This document shows, piece by piece, positions 10,474 to 19,632 of a DNA stretch of 64,000 nucleotides. Source of the DNA: an uncultured Gammaproteobacteria bacterium (lineage in GTDB: Bacteria; Patescibacteriota; Microgenomatia; Levybacterales; UBA12049); the NCBI GenBank assembly GCA_964515545.1, contig CAZERI010000003.1, positions 21,224 to 85,223 of the forward strand. The letters run 5' to 3'. The notes beneath the pieces were generated by a model. That model saw nothing but the letters and a program-made list of their open reading frames with translations. It searched no databases and was not told the origin of the DNA. Position numbers and translations under genes: made by a program. The first letter of the stretch is position 1, and each line of letters opens with the position of its first letter.

Positions 10474-12738
10474 TCAAAATAGTTGATAAATTCTAGTGGT
10501 GCCATCTTCGAAGACAACTTTGCCCAGTGTTTGGAATTTCTCTTCATCAATATTGTACTTCTCCCTTTCAAGTGTCCCAATAAAGATATACTTAACATTA
10601 TATTTTTGGAGAAGAGATTTAGTCTTATTAAGATCTTTTGACTCATAAAGAGTCTTCACCTCATCTATTCTAGGGGCAGGGATATCGTACGTTCCTCGCC
10701 ACAGCCATTCGTGGACTGTCCAGCCAAGAACTGTAGGAAGGCCAGTATTACTTGAAACTCTTGCATAATCAGTATAGGAATCTCCCTGTGCTTCAAGAAT
10801 TACAGGCTGACCAACAACGTTCTTATTGAGCCATGCAATAGCCTTAGCATCACTTGGATATTTCTCCTTCAGGTACTTTGTTCCATCTAGCCCGTGATAG
10901 GTCTTTAAATCTCCATAATAAGACATAATCGCGAAGTAAGGGTAGGTAAAGACAGTAGTAAGTAGACAGAGTGTAATAAAGAAAAAGAAGATATAGAGTA
11001 TCCTTGTGAGCCAAGTTTTTTTCATTTTAAGAGCCTGTGAAATACGGCTAATGGTATAGCCCGTTGCCAGAGATAACATAATAAAGGATTGAAAGACCAG
11101 CTTAAACATCGTATTTGCTCGATAATGATCAGGATAAATATCTTTAGCGTATATAAATTCTGGAATAATAATAAGGAGGGTGGCTATAAGGATGAGCATG
11201 ATAACAAATACATCAGATCTTGCTAGCTGTTTAATTTTAAAAAAAGTTATTCCTAGAAGGAGAATGAAGAAATAGAAAAACCCATACAGAGTTACGAGCT
11301 GCCACCAGGGAGACTGCTGACAATGCTTTGGTTCAAAAAGAAAAGGACCAATATGTCCAATGCTAGTTAAAAAAGATGGAGCACATAAAACTCCAATTCC
11401 AGACACAAAAGGCTTAAAGAAAAATGATAGCGGTAAAGAGAAAAAGAATAGCCCTGCTCCAAGTACTATGCTTGGGATTATAAGTCCCATACCGAAATTA
11501 AGCAGTTTTTGGACAATAGGAAGTTTTGCTGGCGATATTTTTCCCCAATTAAGGTATGCAATAAGAAGGAGTGCTAATAAATAATAAATAAGTCCATCCC
11601 ACGCATTTGTCATATACATAACTGCGAGAAGAAGACTTAAAATCAGTATTTGAGGAAATGATAATGGAAGTTCGCGTATAATGAGTTGATAATAAGCAGC
11701 AAGGCCTTTTTTCTTTTTATGAATCTCTTTTTTATGTATTAGTCTTTTATACCCAAGAAAAAGAGAGTAAATAAAAGCAATAGTGAGAAGGACAAAGGGA
11801 ATATCCGTTACATGTCCATGAAGATCTGAAACTGTCCATGAGTAAATAGGAAATTCATGGATCGTATGATAGATAAACCTAGTTGCATTAGGATACCAAT
11901 AGGAATTGGGAAATGTGTGAGGTGAGAACACTAACTGCCAGAATGGAACTGGGTGCTCATTCTCATAAGGGCGAAACAGGGTATACAAAACATGCAGATT
12001 TCCAGCAAATGTTACCAATAGTCCTGAAAGGATTCCAACAATAATTATTCTTAAAAATCCAACCTTTTCAGCTACTTTATGATAGAGGTTAATTCCTATT
12101 GAGAATGAACTTACAAAAGTAAGGCCAGCAATCGTTGCGATCATTACATTAAAGGTGTAATTAGACTGGAGAAGTGATAGCTTAGTTAAGACTGCTGTAA
12201 TCAAGTGTCCAAAATAATAGTAGTTAATTGAAAATGGAGTAAACCACATATCTTTAGGAGGGAAATACGTGCTTCTTAGGATTGAATTGACAAAACCATA
12301 ATCCATAAATTTTTCAAGTCCATTAATATCTGGCGCGAAAGCACGCACATAGGAAAAAAAAGCCAAGATGACAATAAAAAGGAATTCTTCAATGATAATC
12401 CACTTGCTAAGGTATCTACCATCGTGGAGGAATGGTTGCCAGAAACTGGTTCTCTTACCTATAAAAATGAATACAACGGAATAAATTAAAAGCAAAAAAA
12501 TAAGACTTAAAAAAGCGAATGGGAGTAGATGGATAATTCCTACCACGAGCATGAGGTAGGAGAGGAGCAGTATCCCGATACTTTTACTAAAAATATATCC
12601 TCTATCAATAAAATGCGGGAAGAGGTAGTAGCTAAGCGGAGTAAAGATAATTCCGATAATAAATAGAGTAAGCCACCATTGGAAGCCCACAAGTAAATCA
12701 GCAGACATATTATGCAAGCATATCAGATAACTGGACAA
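10474..12738 (-). CDS. large polytopic membrane protein with YYY motif (DUF2298/Chlor_Arch_YYY-like), putative GT-C glycosyltransferase
   Basis: 754 aa with more than 12 TM helices. FTPFSINYYYFGH motif. C-terminal soluble domain of about 150 aa. Last gene of the nine-gene operon. Confidence 0.4.
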   Translation of the reverse strand: MSSYLICLHNMSADLLVGFQWWLTLFIIGIIFTPLSYYLFPHFIDRGYIFSKSIGILLLSYLMLVVGIIHLLPFAFLSLIFLLLIYSVVFIFIGKRTSFWQPFLHDGRYLSKWIIIEEFLFIVILAFFSYVRAFAPDINGLEKFMDYGFVNSILRSTYFPPKDMWFTPFSINYYYFGHLITAVLTKLSLLQSNYTFNVMIATIAGLTFVSSFSIGINLYHKVAEKVGFLRIIIVGILSGLLVTFAGNLHVLYTLFRPYENEHPVPFWQLVFSPHTFPNSYWYPNATRFIYHTIHEFPIYSWTVSDLHGHVTDIPFVLLTIAFIYSLFLGYKRLIHKKEIHKKKKGLAAYYQLIIRELPLSFPQILILSLLLAVMYMTNAWDGLIYYLLALLLIAYLNWGKISPAKLPIVQKLLNFGMGLIIPSIVLGAGLFFFSLPLSFFFKPFVSGIGVLCAPSFLTSIGHIGPFLFEPKHCQQSPWWQLVTLYGFFYFFILLLGITFFKIKQLARSDVFVIMLILIATLLIIIPEFIYAKDIYPDHYRANTMFKLVFQSFIMLSLATGYTISRISQALKMKKTWLTRILYIFFFFITLCLLTTVFTYPYFAIMSYYGDLKTYHGLDGTKYLKEKYPSDAKAIAWLNKNVVGQPVILEAQGDSYTDYARVSSNTGLPTVLGWTVHEWLWRGTYDIPAPRIDEVKTLYESKDLNKTKSLLQKYNVKYIFIGTLEREKYNIDEEKFQTLGKVVFEDGTTRIYQLF

Positions 12739-13261
12739 TTTGAGTTATTCTTTCTGGAAGATGAGTTGTCGAAAGCGTGGGATGCAGCCAGAAAAGCTTT
12801 GTTTTTTTATTTTCCCTTGCGACATATTTGAGAAGGTGTATATCATCATCGACATATATATCAAGTGAAAGTTCTTTGAGTGTCTGGTTTTTAAAAGTGT
12901 GGGGTTGAAGGTTATTGAAATTGAAATACATAGCGTCAAAAATCAGATCAAGCCCTAAATGGTTCATCAGAGACAGTGTCTGTTTTTGTAAAAATCCAAA
13001 TCTGCTTGATATTAAATAAAGTTCATATTTTTGTTTTGATAAGGATTTAAGAAATTTTATATTAGGAACAATAGGAGGACGAAGATAGGATGCATGTGAA
13101 AGTTGACGGATAAACTGTTCAGGACGGGACGGCATTCGGTAAAGAAGTGTACCATTAGCTTTCTTCCTGTACAGATGGTCAATGAGGCCATCCGGGACAA
13201 GTGGTGGATAATCAATAAATACTTTGTCTAAATCAAAACCGATCCGTGTCATAAACATCAA
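12710..13261 (-). CDS. HAD-superfamily-like hydrolase (putative sugar-phosphate phosphatase); tentative
   Basis: N-terminal IGFDLDKV resembles HAD motif I (DxDxV/T). 4-nt overlap with the upstream epimerase. Confidence 0.3.
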   Translation of the reverse strand: MMFMTRIGFDLDKVFIDYPPLVPDGLIDHLYRKKANGTLLYRMPSRPEQFIRQLSHASYLRPPIVPNIKFLKSLSKQKYELYLISSRFGFLQKQTLSLMNHLGLDLIFDAMYFNFNNLQPHTFKNQTLKELSLDIYVDDDIHLLKYVARENKKTKLFWLHPTLSTTHLPERITQIVQLSDMLA

Positions 13262-14337
13262 ATTTTAGATAGTAGATTGAGTAGTCGAAAATTCCAACTT
13301 ACTCGGTGTGTATTGCCTGTTTTAGTTTGGATTTTGTTCCTATTTTTCTTGTACCATAAATAGCTTTCAAGCAAAAGATCCTTATTAGATTTTTTTGGAT
13401 GCCAGTCAAGTAACTTTTCAGCTTTTTCCGTTGAGACATATGAAGACACAGGCATTGTTTTATAATGCCAAGCAGCCAGAGGTGAAAGCCGACATACTTC
13501 TAAAATTCTTAGAAGAAGTTGAGCTGGTAAAACAGGTAATCCAGTAATTTTAGATCTCGACTTTTCAGATCTGATAATAAATTGTAGATCTTTTCTCCAT
13601 GTTTGGAAATCTTTAGCCCCAATATTGAAAATTTCATTAGTAACCTTATTTATCAAGGCTTTATAGACTGCATCAACAACATCACTCACTGCTAAAAGTT
13701 GATATTTATTTTTTCCATTTCCTAAGATAAAGACGCGATGGCCTGAATAGATCGCCTCAAACCATAAAGAGAATACGCCTAGTCTTTCTGGCCCAAGAAA
13801 CGTTTTGGGACGGATAATATTGATAGCAAGACCTTTCTTCATGAATTCTTTACAGAGTTCTTCTGCTTTTCTTTTAGATTTTCCATAGTAGCCGATTGGA
13901 TCCAGAGGGCTCTCTTCGGTTTCAGGAAGATGTTTTGGAACACCATACAGTGCTGTAGTTGATATAAAGACTACCCGTTCTATGGTGTGTTCATGTGCTG
14001 CTGTAAGAATATTTTTTGTACCATCAACATTTGTACTGAAGATTTTTTTCTTAGTTCTTTGAATCGGGAGAGCTGCTGCTGCATGTACAATGTGAGTTAC
14101 CCCTTTGAGCGATCTTGCCACAACTTTTTTATTTCTAATATCCCCTTGAATTACACTCACTTTATTAATAAGATCTTTAGCATCGAGAGGGGCTATATCA
14201 AGAAGTACTACTTCCCAATCTTCTTTTATGAACTTTCTTGCTAAGTGTACTCCGAGAAAACCAGTTCCTCCGGTAATAAGAACTTTTTTTGACATGGTGT
14301 CTATTCTACTATTGTTTTTCTTTAAATGACAAGACAA
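13258..14337 (-). CDS. NAD-dependent sugar epimerase/dehydratase (extended SDR)
   Basis: VLITGGTGFLG glycine-rich NAD-binding motif. Catalytic YxxxK (YGKSK). Probable true start at the internal Met (MSKKVLITGG), about 14 codons downstream. Confidence 0.8.
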   Translation of the reverse strand: MSCHLKKNNSRIDTMSKKVLITGGTGFLGVHLARKFIKEDWEVVLLDIAPLDAKDLINKVSVIQGDIRNKKVVARSLKGVTHIVHAAAALPIQRTKKKIFSTNVDGTKNILTAAHEHTIERVVFISTTALYGVPKHLPETEESPLDPIGYYGKSKRKAEELCKEFMKKGLAINIIRPKTFLGPERLGVFSLWFEAIYSGHRVFILGNGKNKYQLLAVSDVVDAVYKALINKVTNEIFNIGAKDFQTWRKDLQFIIRSEKSRSKITGLPVLPAQLLLRILEVCRLSPLAAWHYKTMPVSSYVSTEKAEKLLDWHPKKSNKDLLLESYLWYKKNRNKIQTKTGNTHRVSWNFRLLNLLSKI

Positions 14338-14349
14338 ATAGAGTTTTTC

Positions 14350-16026
14350 TTACTTAGCTAGGAGGATAGCCCGTATCTTTTCAGGTGAATAGTGTGATGT
14401 ATTCTTAAATATAAATGTCTTCGGGTGGTCATAGACCTGAAATGTCTCTTCGCTGCTGTCATCATTGAGACTAAAGCCAAAAAGTTGTGGGTATGATGAG
14501 AATTCAGCAACTTTTTGGTAGCCTAATTTTTCTGAGAAAAGCAGTTCATAGTAGCGTTTTGTCAGAGGATATCTTTCAGGAAGATGCATAAGCGTTCCAT
14601 ATAAGCGTCTTGAGTTAATCGTTAGATAATTTGCCTGAGAAAGGTAATCAGCGTAATAACTTACTTTTGCATCACTGTCTTGATCATAGATTGCTAGTGA
14701 GAGTGTTTTATAGTTGTCTGGGGCTCCTTCAGGAAGCGGTATAGGCTGGCCGTCATCCCAATGCTCAGATAAGATAAAACTATTCTGAGGGATATGGGAA
14801 TAAATCCATTGAGAGGTTGCGATTCGAGTTTGTTCATGGGTATAAATTGAGAGAAATGCAGTAGCATAGATTCCAGAAGCAAGAATGAAGAGTAGGATAA
14901 GCACACGGCCTAAACGGGAATACTTTTTGGCAATAAGATAAAGAGCATTAGCTCCGCAAATGATAATAAAAGGGAAAATCGGGATCATATACCGATTAAA
15001 TTTGGTATACCATGAGCCTACATAGAAGAAGTACAGCAGGGGAAATGAAATGAAAATAATAAATATCCAATGTTTTTTACGAGTCTCTTGATATGTTGTA
15101 ATAACCGTCCCAGCTATTGCAGTAATAGCAAACATACCGAGTTGCCAAAACATATTTTTTAGTTGAAAAAGGTAAGCTGGGGTATGAAGGAACTGGAGTG
15201 TATATACAACAGGGTTAGTACCAAGCACTACACTATTCTCATAGTGCATTGATTCCATAAATTTAGAGAAATTTAGAAAAGTGTAGGGTGAAAATAAACA
15301 GAATGTCAAAAATCCGCAGATACAAATGAGAAAGAAATAACTGATGCTTTTTTTTATTGATAGTTTCTTTTTAATAAAAAGGATAGATAACGCCAGAAAT
15401 GGAGCCACCATAAATGATATGCCGGTTGTTTTGGTAGCAACAGCAATTCCTACGCCAATACCTATGAGTAAAGATTTTTTAAAGGAAGGATGTTCATAGA
15501 AAATGATAGCTAAACAAGTGATAAGTGTAATTAAAAAGGTGAGGAGATTTTCTGTCGTTGAGAAATGAGCGGTTTGAATAGATGAGACTGTTAAAGTGTA
15601 GATAATAGATGCCAAGAACCCAGTGGACTTATTAAAGATTTTTGAGGATAAGTAATAAAGCGGAATAATAGTCAATGTTGAGAAAAAGGCTGAATAAGAA
15701 CGGCCTATGATATTAATCCATCCCCAATCATGAGCTATTGTAGGATTATTAAAAATTACTGCTAAAATATCTGCTGTAATCTTATAGAGATAGATCAAGA
15801 ATCCACCATAAGCGTAGAATTTGGGATCCATTTGAGAGAACAATTGAATTTGACTTACAGCATTTGCAATATTTCTCTCGTCGGGATGAAAAAAATGTCC
15901 GAGGTCCCAATTGAGATTAAAAAATCTGAAAAATGCTGCAATAAGAATAATAATAAGAAGAATAACTTTTGTTTTTTTATCAAAAAGATGAGAGGAGTGT
16001 ACCATAGAGTTTTTATGATGATACAA
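14350..16026 (-). CDS. GT-C fold glycosyltransferase, family 39/83-like (PMT/ArnT-type)
   Basis: Polytopic protein with an acidic HPDE motif in the first extracytoplasmic loop. Size and topology are typical of PMT_2-type transferases. Confidence 0.45.
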   Translation of the reverse strand: MYHHKNSMVHSSHLFDKKTKVILLIIILIAAFFRFFNLNWDLGHFFHPDERNIANAVSQIQLFSQMDPKFYAYGGFLIYLYKITADILAVIFNNPTIAHDWGWINIIGRSYSAFFSTLTIIPLYYLSSKIFNKSTGFLASIIYTLTVSSIQTAHFSTTENLLTFLITLITCLAIIFYEHPSFKKSLLIGIGVGIAVATKTTGISFMVAPFLALSILFIKKKLSIKKSISYFFLICICGFLTFCLFSPYTFLNFSKFMESMHYENSVVLGTNPVVYTLQFLHTPAYLFQLKNMFWQLGMFAITAIAGTVITTYQETRKKHWIFIIFISFPLLYFFYVGSWYTKFNRYMIPIFPFIIICGANALYLIAKKYSRLGRVLILLFILASGIYATAFLSIYTHEQTRIATSQWIYSHIPQNSFILSEHWDDGQPIPLPEGAPDNYKTLSLAIYDQDSDAKVSYYADYLSQANYLTINSRRLYGTLMHLPERYPLTKRYYELLFSEKLGYQKVAEFSSYPQLFGFSLNDDSSEETFQVYDHPKTFIFKNTSHYSPEKIRAILLAK

Positions 16027-17290
16027 GAGAAGCTATTTTTTGTCCTAGCTCAACAGCATAATTAGTTCCTCTATCCCAAGGATAAACTTGTTCAATGTTG
16101 GCTAGATATACATGATCCAGAGGAGTGGTAAAAGGAGGAATGAGACGAGAATAATTAGTAGGTACGATAGGCTGAGCGAATGGCGCCCTGAAGACATCAT
16201 AATTAATCACATGTGTTTTATAGTGTGGGTTTATTTTTAAGAGGACCTCATCATATTTCTTAAGTAAGTCTTCTTTCGACATAGAAAATTCTTTACTGGT
16301 AGGTTCGGGATAATTGCCAACGTAGAGAAGGTGTTCATTATTGTAATGTGTTTTATCCATTAAATTAGTATGCTCAACAACTACCATAACCGGAGAATCT
16401 TTTTCACAAATACTGAGCCAATATGTCGTATCAGGCATAAATTGTTCTTTCAAACGAATTACCATATTAGTTGCCCCAAGACCTCTTAGCCTCACCATTT
16501 TTTCTCTATAACTCTGGGGTAATTGGGGAGTCAAATTAAGGAAAAGATATGTGGGTAAGGTTACGATTACTTTATCAAAGCTCAAATCTTTTTTCTTTTC
16601 TCCCTTTTTGATAGTGACTGTAACTACCTCTTCATCTTTAATCGCTATAGTTTCAGTAGAATAAAGAATTGTCCCCTTCTTTTTTTCAACCACTTCAGCT
16701 AGATGTTGAGCAAAGGAGAGGAATCCGCCGTCGGGATAGGCAAGAGAAGGAGTACGTTTATTGATCCTAGTCCAAAACCATACAAGTGAAATTTCATCGG
16801 CATATTTCCCCATTTTATTACGAAGTTGCGGTTCCCAAAGCATTGAGAAAGCTTTCTTTCCCATGGTTTTGGTTAATACGCTAACTGCATTCAGTTTTTC
16901 CAGTGGCTTCCAGAAAGGATCGAATTTTAGGAAAGCAAGGACAGCACTCATCCGAAGTTTATCTATGAATGGCAGAAGCGGGAATTTCAAAATTGCTAGA
17001 GGAGAATCAAGTTCGTAGAGATGATTCTTAATAAAGACTGAAGTTTTAGGGCGTTTGATAATAACTTTATGATTAATTTCCTCGGCTAGCGTGAGAACAA
17101 AATTATCACTTGTGAACCAATGATGATAATGCTTCTCAAGCGTCCAGTCCCACCCCTCCTCTTGGTATCCTATCGCAAGACCTCCCGGTAGATTATCTTT
17201 TTCGATAACTGTTACTTCATGGCCAGCCTTTTGTAATTCATGCGCTGCAGCAAGGCCGGTAAATCCGGCTCCAATTATGCCAATTTTCAT
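16013..17290 (-). CDS. FAD-dependent oxidoreductase (amine-oxidase/UDP-galactopyranose-mutase-like fold)
   Basis: N-terminal dinucleotide-binding motif KIGIIGAGFTGLAAA...EVTVIEKDNLPGGLA. Confidence 0.65.
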   Translation of the reverse strand: MKIGIIGAGFTGLAAAHELQKAGHEVTVIEKDNLPGGLAIGYQEEGWDWTLEKHYHHWFTSDNFVLTLAEEINHKVIIKRPKTSVFIKNHLYELDSPLAILKFPLLPFIDKLRMSAVLAFLKFDPFWKPLEKLNAVSVLTKTMGKKAFSMLWEPQLRNKMGKYADEISLVWFWTRINKRTPSLAYPDGGFLSFAQHLAEVVEKKKGTILYSTETIAIKDEEVVTVTIKKGEKKKDLSFDKVIVTLPTYLFLNLTPQLPQSYREKMVRLRGLGATNMVIRLKEQFMPDTTYWLSICEKDSPVMVVVEHTNLMDKTHYNNEHLLYVGNYPEPTSKEFSMSKEDLLKKYDEVLLKINPHYKTHVINYDVFRAPFAQPIVPTNYSRLIPPFTTPLDHVYLANIEQVYPWDRGTNYAVELGQKIASLVSS

Positions 17291-18678
17291 AATGTTCCCC
17301 GAGCAATTAAGAGTAAGAGTGCTCCCATTCCAATTGCGAGAGTTCCTAGTATACCTGAAAGAACGGTAATGGAGCTACCAGGAGATGTATTAATTGGTTG
17401 AGGTGGCTGTGTCAGGATATCTGAAGGGACAATAACAGGTGTGGCTGTTGGAGAAGCCGTAGGAGCCGGCGTAAACGTGGGGCTAGGTGTAGGAGTTATG
17501 GTTATTTCAGGTAAGGGTGTTGCTGTCGGCTGCACGGGAGATACAGATGGCTCCGTGAACTGACTTCCTTCTGCAAAAACAGTGAAGTTACGTGTGATAG
17601 TTTGGAGAATGCCTTGGCTATTCTTGGTCTTAATAGTTATAGTATGCTCTCCTGGTTCAAGTTTGGTATCAGGACGATAACTCCAGGAGCCATTTTTATT
17701 GGAGGTGACTGTGGTCATGATAGGCTCTCCTGAGTGAATTTCGATCTGGACTTCAGTATTTGGGAGAGCGGTTCCCTCAAACTGCGGTTGGGGGTCATGA
17801 AGCTCTTCATTCCTATCAGGACTGGCAATTGCGGGCTCTTTCGGTCCAGCTTCAGTGGCTGAGAATGATGGGAAAGAGGAAGTATCTGCCGAATTTGAAG
17901 CGATTGGGACAGGTGAAATCTGATTTGGAGTAGAGGATGTAAAATCGTATGAGTTGTTAAGTGTTATTAGCGGAACAGGATTTATTTGACTCGCCAGGAC
18001 TGAGACTGTAGCTTTCCCCTTTGGATTTTCAATAAGCAATTTAATAAGAGAAGTAGGAGAGAAAGAGACATAAGAGGAAAAATCATTCGTTCGTAATGCA
18101 TTGAGAGGCATAACAAATGTCCCATCAGCTTTAGTCAGTGTGGAGAGTGTCTGAGCGCCATCTGTTACTAAGAGAACAATAGTAGTATTGTCATGGCTGC
18201 CATCTGCATTTGCTACCGTTCCAACAATAGGAGTCTGACGGGATGGATTTTGGGTAAGGGTGTTCAGTGTTTTAACACTAAATGGTTTGTCCTTATCTAG
18301 GAAGGTTCTATTCGAAGAAAGAATCGTGTAGTAATAGGTCGTGTTTGGTGATAAATTTTTGACTGTTATATGATGGGTAAGATATGGCTGAGGCGTACCC
18401 GACTGTTGATCCCGATCGTCAAGTGCAACCTTACTTCCCTTGGGCGTCGTATCATAGGTGAGGGTTCCTAGAACACTCTCTTGTGTAACATAGGAAAGAG
18501 TAAATGAAGTATCTGTAAGATTAGTAACACGTATCTCCTCAGGAGTATATGTAGGTGAAGCTTTTGTAATAAAGAATACTGTGTGATTGACTGCATAATT
18601 GATAGCAAAAAAACCGGCAATCAACAAAATAATGCCAAATAAAGTAGGAATTCTTTTATGTAACAGCGAGTTTTGCAT
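17287..18678 (-). CDS. surface protein with N- and C-terminal TM anchors, FN3-like, CarbopepD_reg-like and bacterial Ig-like domains, and a Thr/Pro-rich linker
   Basis: N-terminal TM. IRVTNLTDTSFTLSY is FN3-like. GTVANADGS...DGTFVMP is a prealbumin-like fold. GTALPNTEVQIEIHSGE...NGSWSY is a BIg-like domain. PTATPLPEITITPTPSPTFTPAPTASPTATP linker. C-terminal hydrophobic helix. Confidence 0.55.
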   Translation of the reverse strand: MQNSLLHKRIPTLFGIILLIAGFFAINYAVNHTVFFITKASPTYTPEEIRVTNLTDTSFTLSYVTQESVLGTLTYDTTPKGSKVALDDRDQQSGTPQPYLTHHITVKNLSPNTTYYYTILSSNRTFLDKDKPFSVKTLNTLTQNPSRQTPIVGTVANADGSHDNTTIVLLVTDGAQTLSTLTKADGTFVMPLNALRTNDFSSYVSFSPTSLIKLLIENPKGKATVSVLASQINPVPLITLNNSYDFTSSTPNQISPVPIASNSADTSSFPSFSATEAGPKEPAIASPDRNEELHDPQPQFEGTALPNTEVQIEIHSGEPIMTTVTSNKNGSWSYRPDTKLEPGEHTITIKTKNSQGILQTITRNFTVFAEGSQFTEPSVSPVQPTATPLPEITITPTPSPTFTPAPTASPTATPVIVPSDILTQPPQPINTSPGSSITVLSGILGTLAIGMGALLLLIARGTL

Positions 18679-18679
18679 A

Positions 18680-19009
18680 TTAGAGTAGTCCTCCTTCTCC
18701 TGAACCCGTTGCTTCTGGTGTCTCAGTAATTTCAGGAGTTGGAGTTACCTTAAGCGTACCAGATTCAGATCCTTCATCAGTAGGCACACTTTCAATAGAG
18801 AATATCGGTTCAATAGCAGTTCTCTTTTTTAAACTTGAAAGGACTCCTGTTGGAAAAGTAGGAGAGATGGATTCAATCGCTTGTGTTTGGGTTGAAGAAA
18901 TAGTTGACGTAACAGATTTATTATAGACACTAAAAATGACCCAGAGAACAACTAGGATCGTAGAAGGTACAAGAATATAAAGCAAGTTTTTTTGTTGTTC
19001 AGGTTTCAT
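18680..19009 (-). CDS. small bitopic membrane protein with Thr/Pro/Glu-rich tail
   Basis: One TM helix (LLYILVPSTILVVLWVIF), then a low-complexity acidic T/P-rich tail. 4-nt overlap with the upstream gene. Confidence 0.4.
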   Translation of the reverse strand: MKPEQQKNLLYILVPSTILVVLWVIFSVYNKSVTSTISSTQTQAIESISPTFPTGVLSSLKKRTAIEPIFSIESVPTDEGSESGTLKVTPTPEITETPEATGSGEGGLL

Positions 19010-19632
19010 GGTCGGTAATAGGCTGTAGCTCTAATGTTTAGTTGGTAAATAATGCCTTCTTGCGTTTTTTGTCGAGATGTTCCTACCCCATCAAGCGTTA
19101 TAATTCGATCGATTCCTACCAGCTTTTTAGTAAATGTTTCAAAATCTTCTTGATTTCCCTGAAAGGTTGCAGCTATCCCAATTGGGGTGAGGACACTTGC
19201 AGTTTTTTTCGCGGTAGCAATTTCAACATCACTAATATTAAGCTGTAAAACAATAAGACGTGAGTTAGCAGCCAAAGTTCGAATTTTTCCTGAGAGTGCA
19301 CTAGTACTGGCAGCTTTAGGGATAGCTGCATCAAGGATTTTCAGTTGTGGGGAGAGAGAAATATATTGATCTTCAAGCTGTGACATATTAGTTATTTTAG
19401 TTTGAAGAGAATCTGCCAAAAATTTATCATCTGCTAATGTCTTTTTAAGCTGAGAAATGGTACCTAAGGTAGGAGCGATAGCAAAAAAACCAAACAAGCA
19501 AATTGCCATAAGTGTCAAGATAACCGTCGCATACGATTGAACTTTCTCTTGTCTGAAGCTAGGTAATGACTTAATATAAGCAAGGTATTTCTCTTTAGGG
19601 AAATTGTGGAGAATACTCGTGTTAATTTTCAT
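19006..19632 (-). CDS. PilO-like bitopic protein (short cytoplasmic N-terminus, TM, coiled coil, alpha/beta periplasmic domain); tentative
   Basis: Architecture only: TM at residues ~40-58, then a predicted coiled coil and a ~100-aa domain. Confidence 0.3.
   Translation of the reverse strand: MKINTSILHNFPKEKYLAYIKSLPSFRQEKVQSYATVILTLMAICLFGFFAIAPTLGTISQLKKTLADDKFLADSLQTKITNMSQLEDQYISLSPQLKILDAAIPKAASTSALSGKIRTLAANSRLIVLQLNISDVEIATAKKTASVLTPIGIAATFQGNQEDFETFTKKLVGIDRIITLDGVGTSRQKTQEGIIYQLNIRATAYYRP

Noticed and set aside
10474-12738. A STT3/PglB oligosaccharyltransferase call for the 754-aa protein, based on an MDYGF sequence resembling WWDYG.
   Set aside because: The motif lies in an early loop (around residue 135) rather than in the C-terminal periplasmic domain, and no DxD pair was recognised. 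Kept as a generic YYY-motif GT-C candidate.
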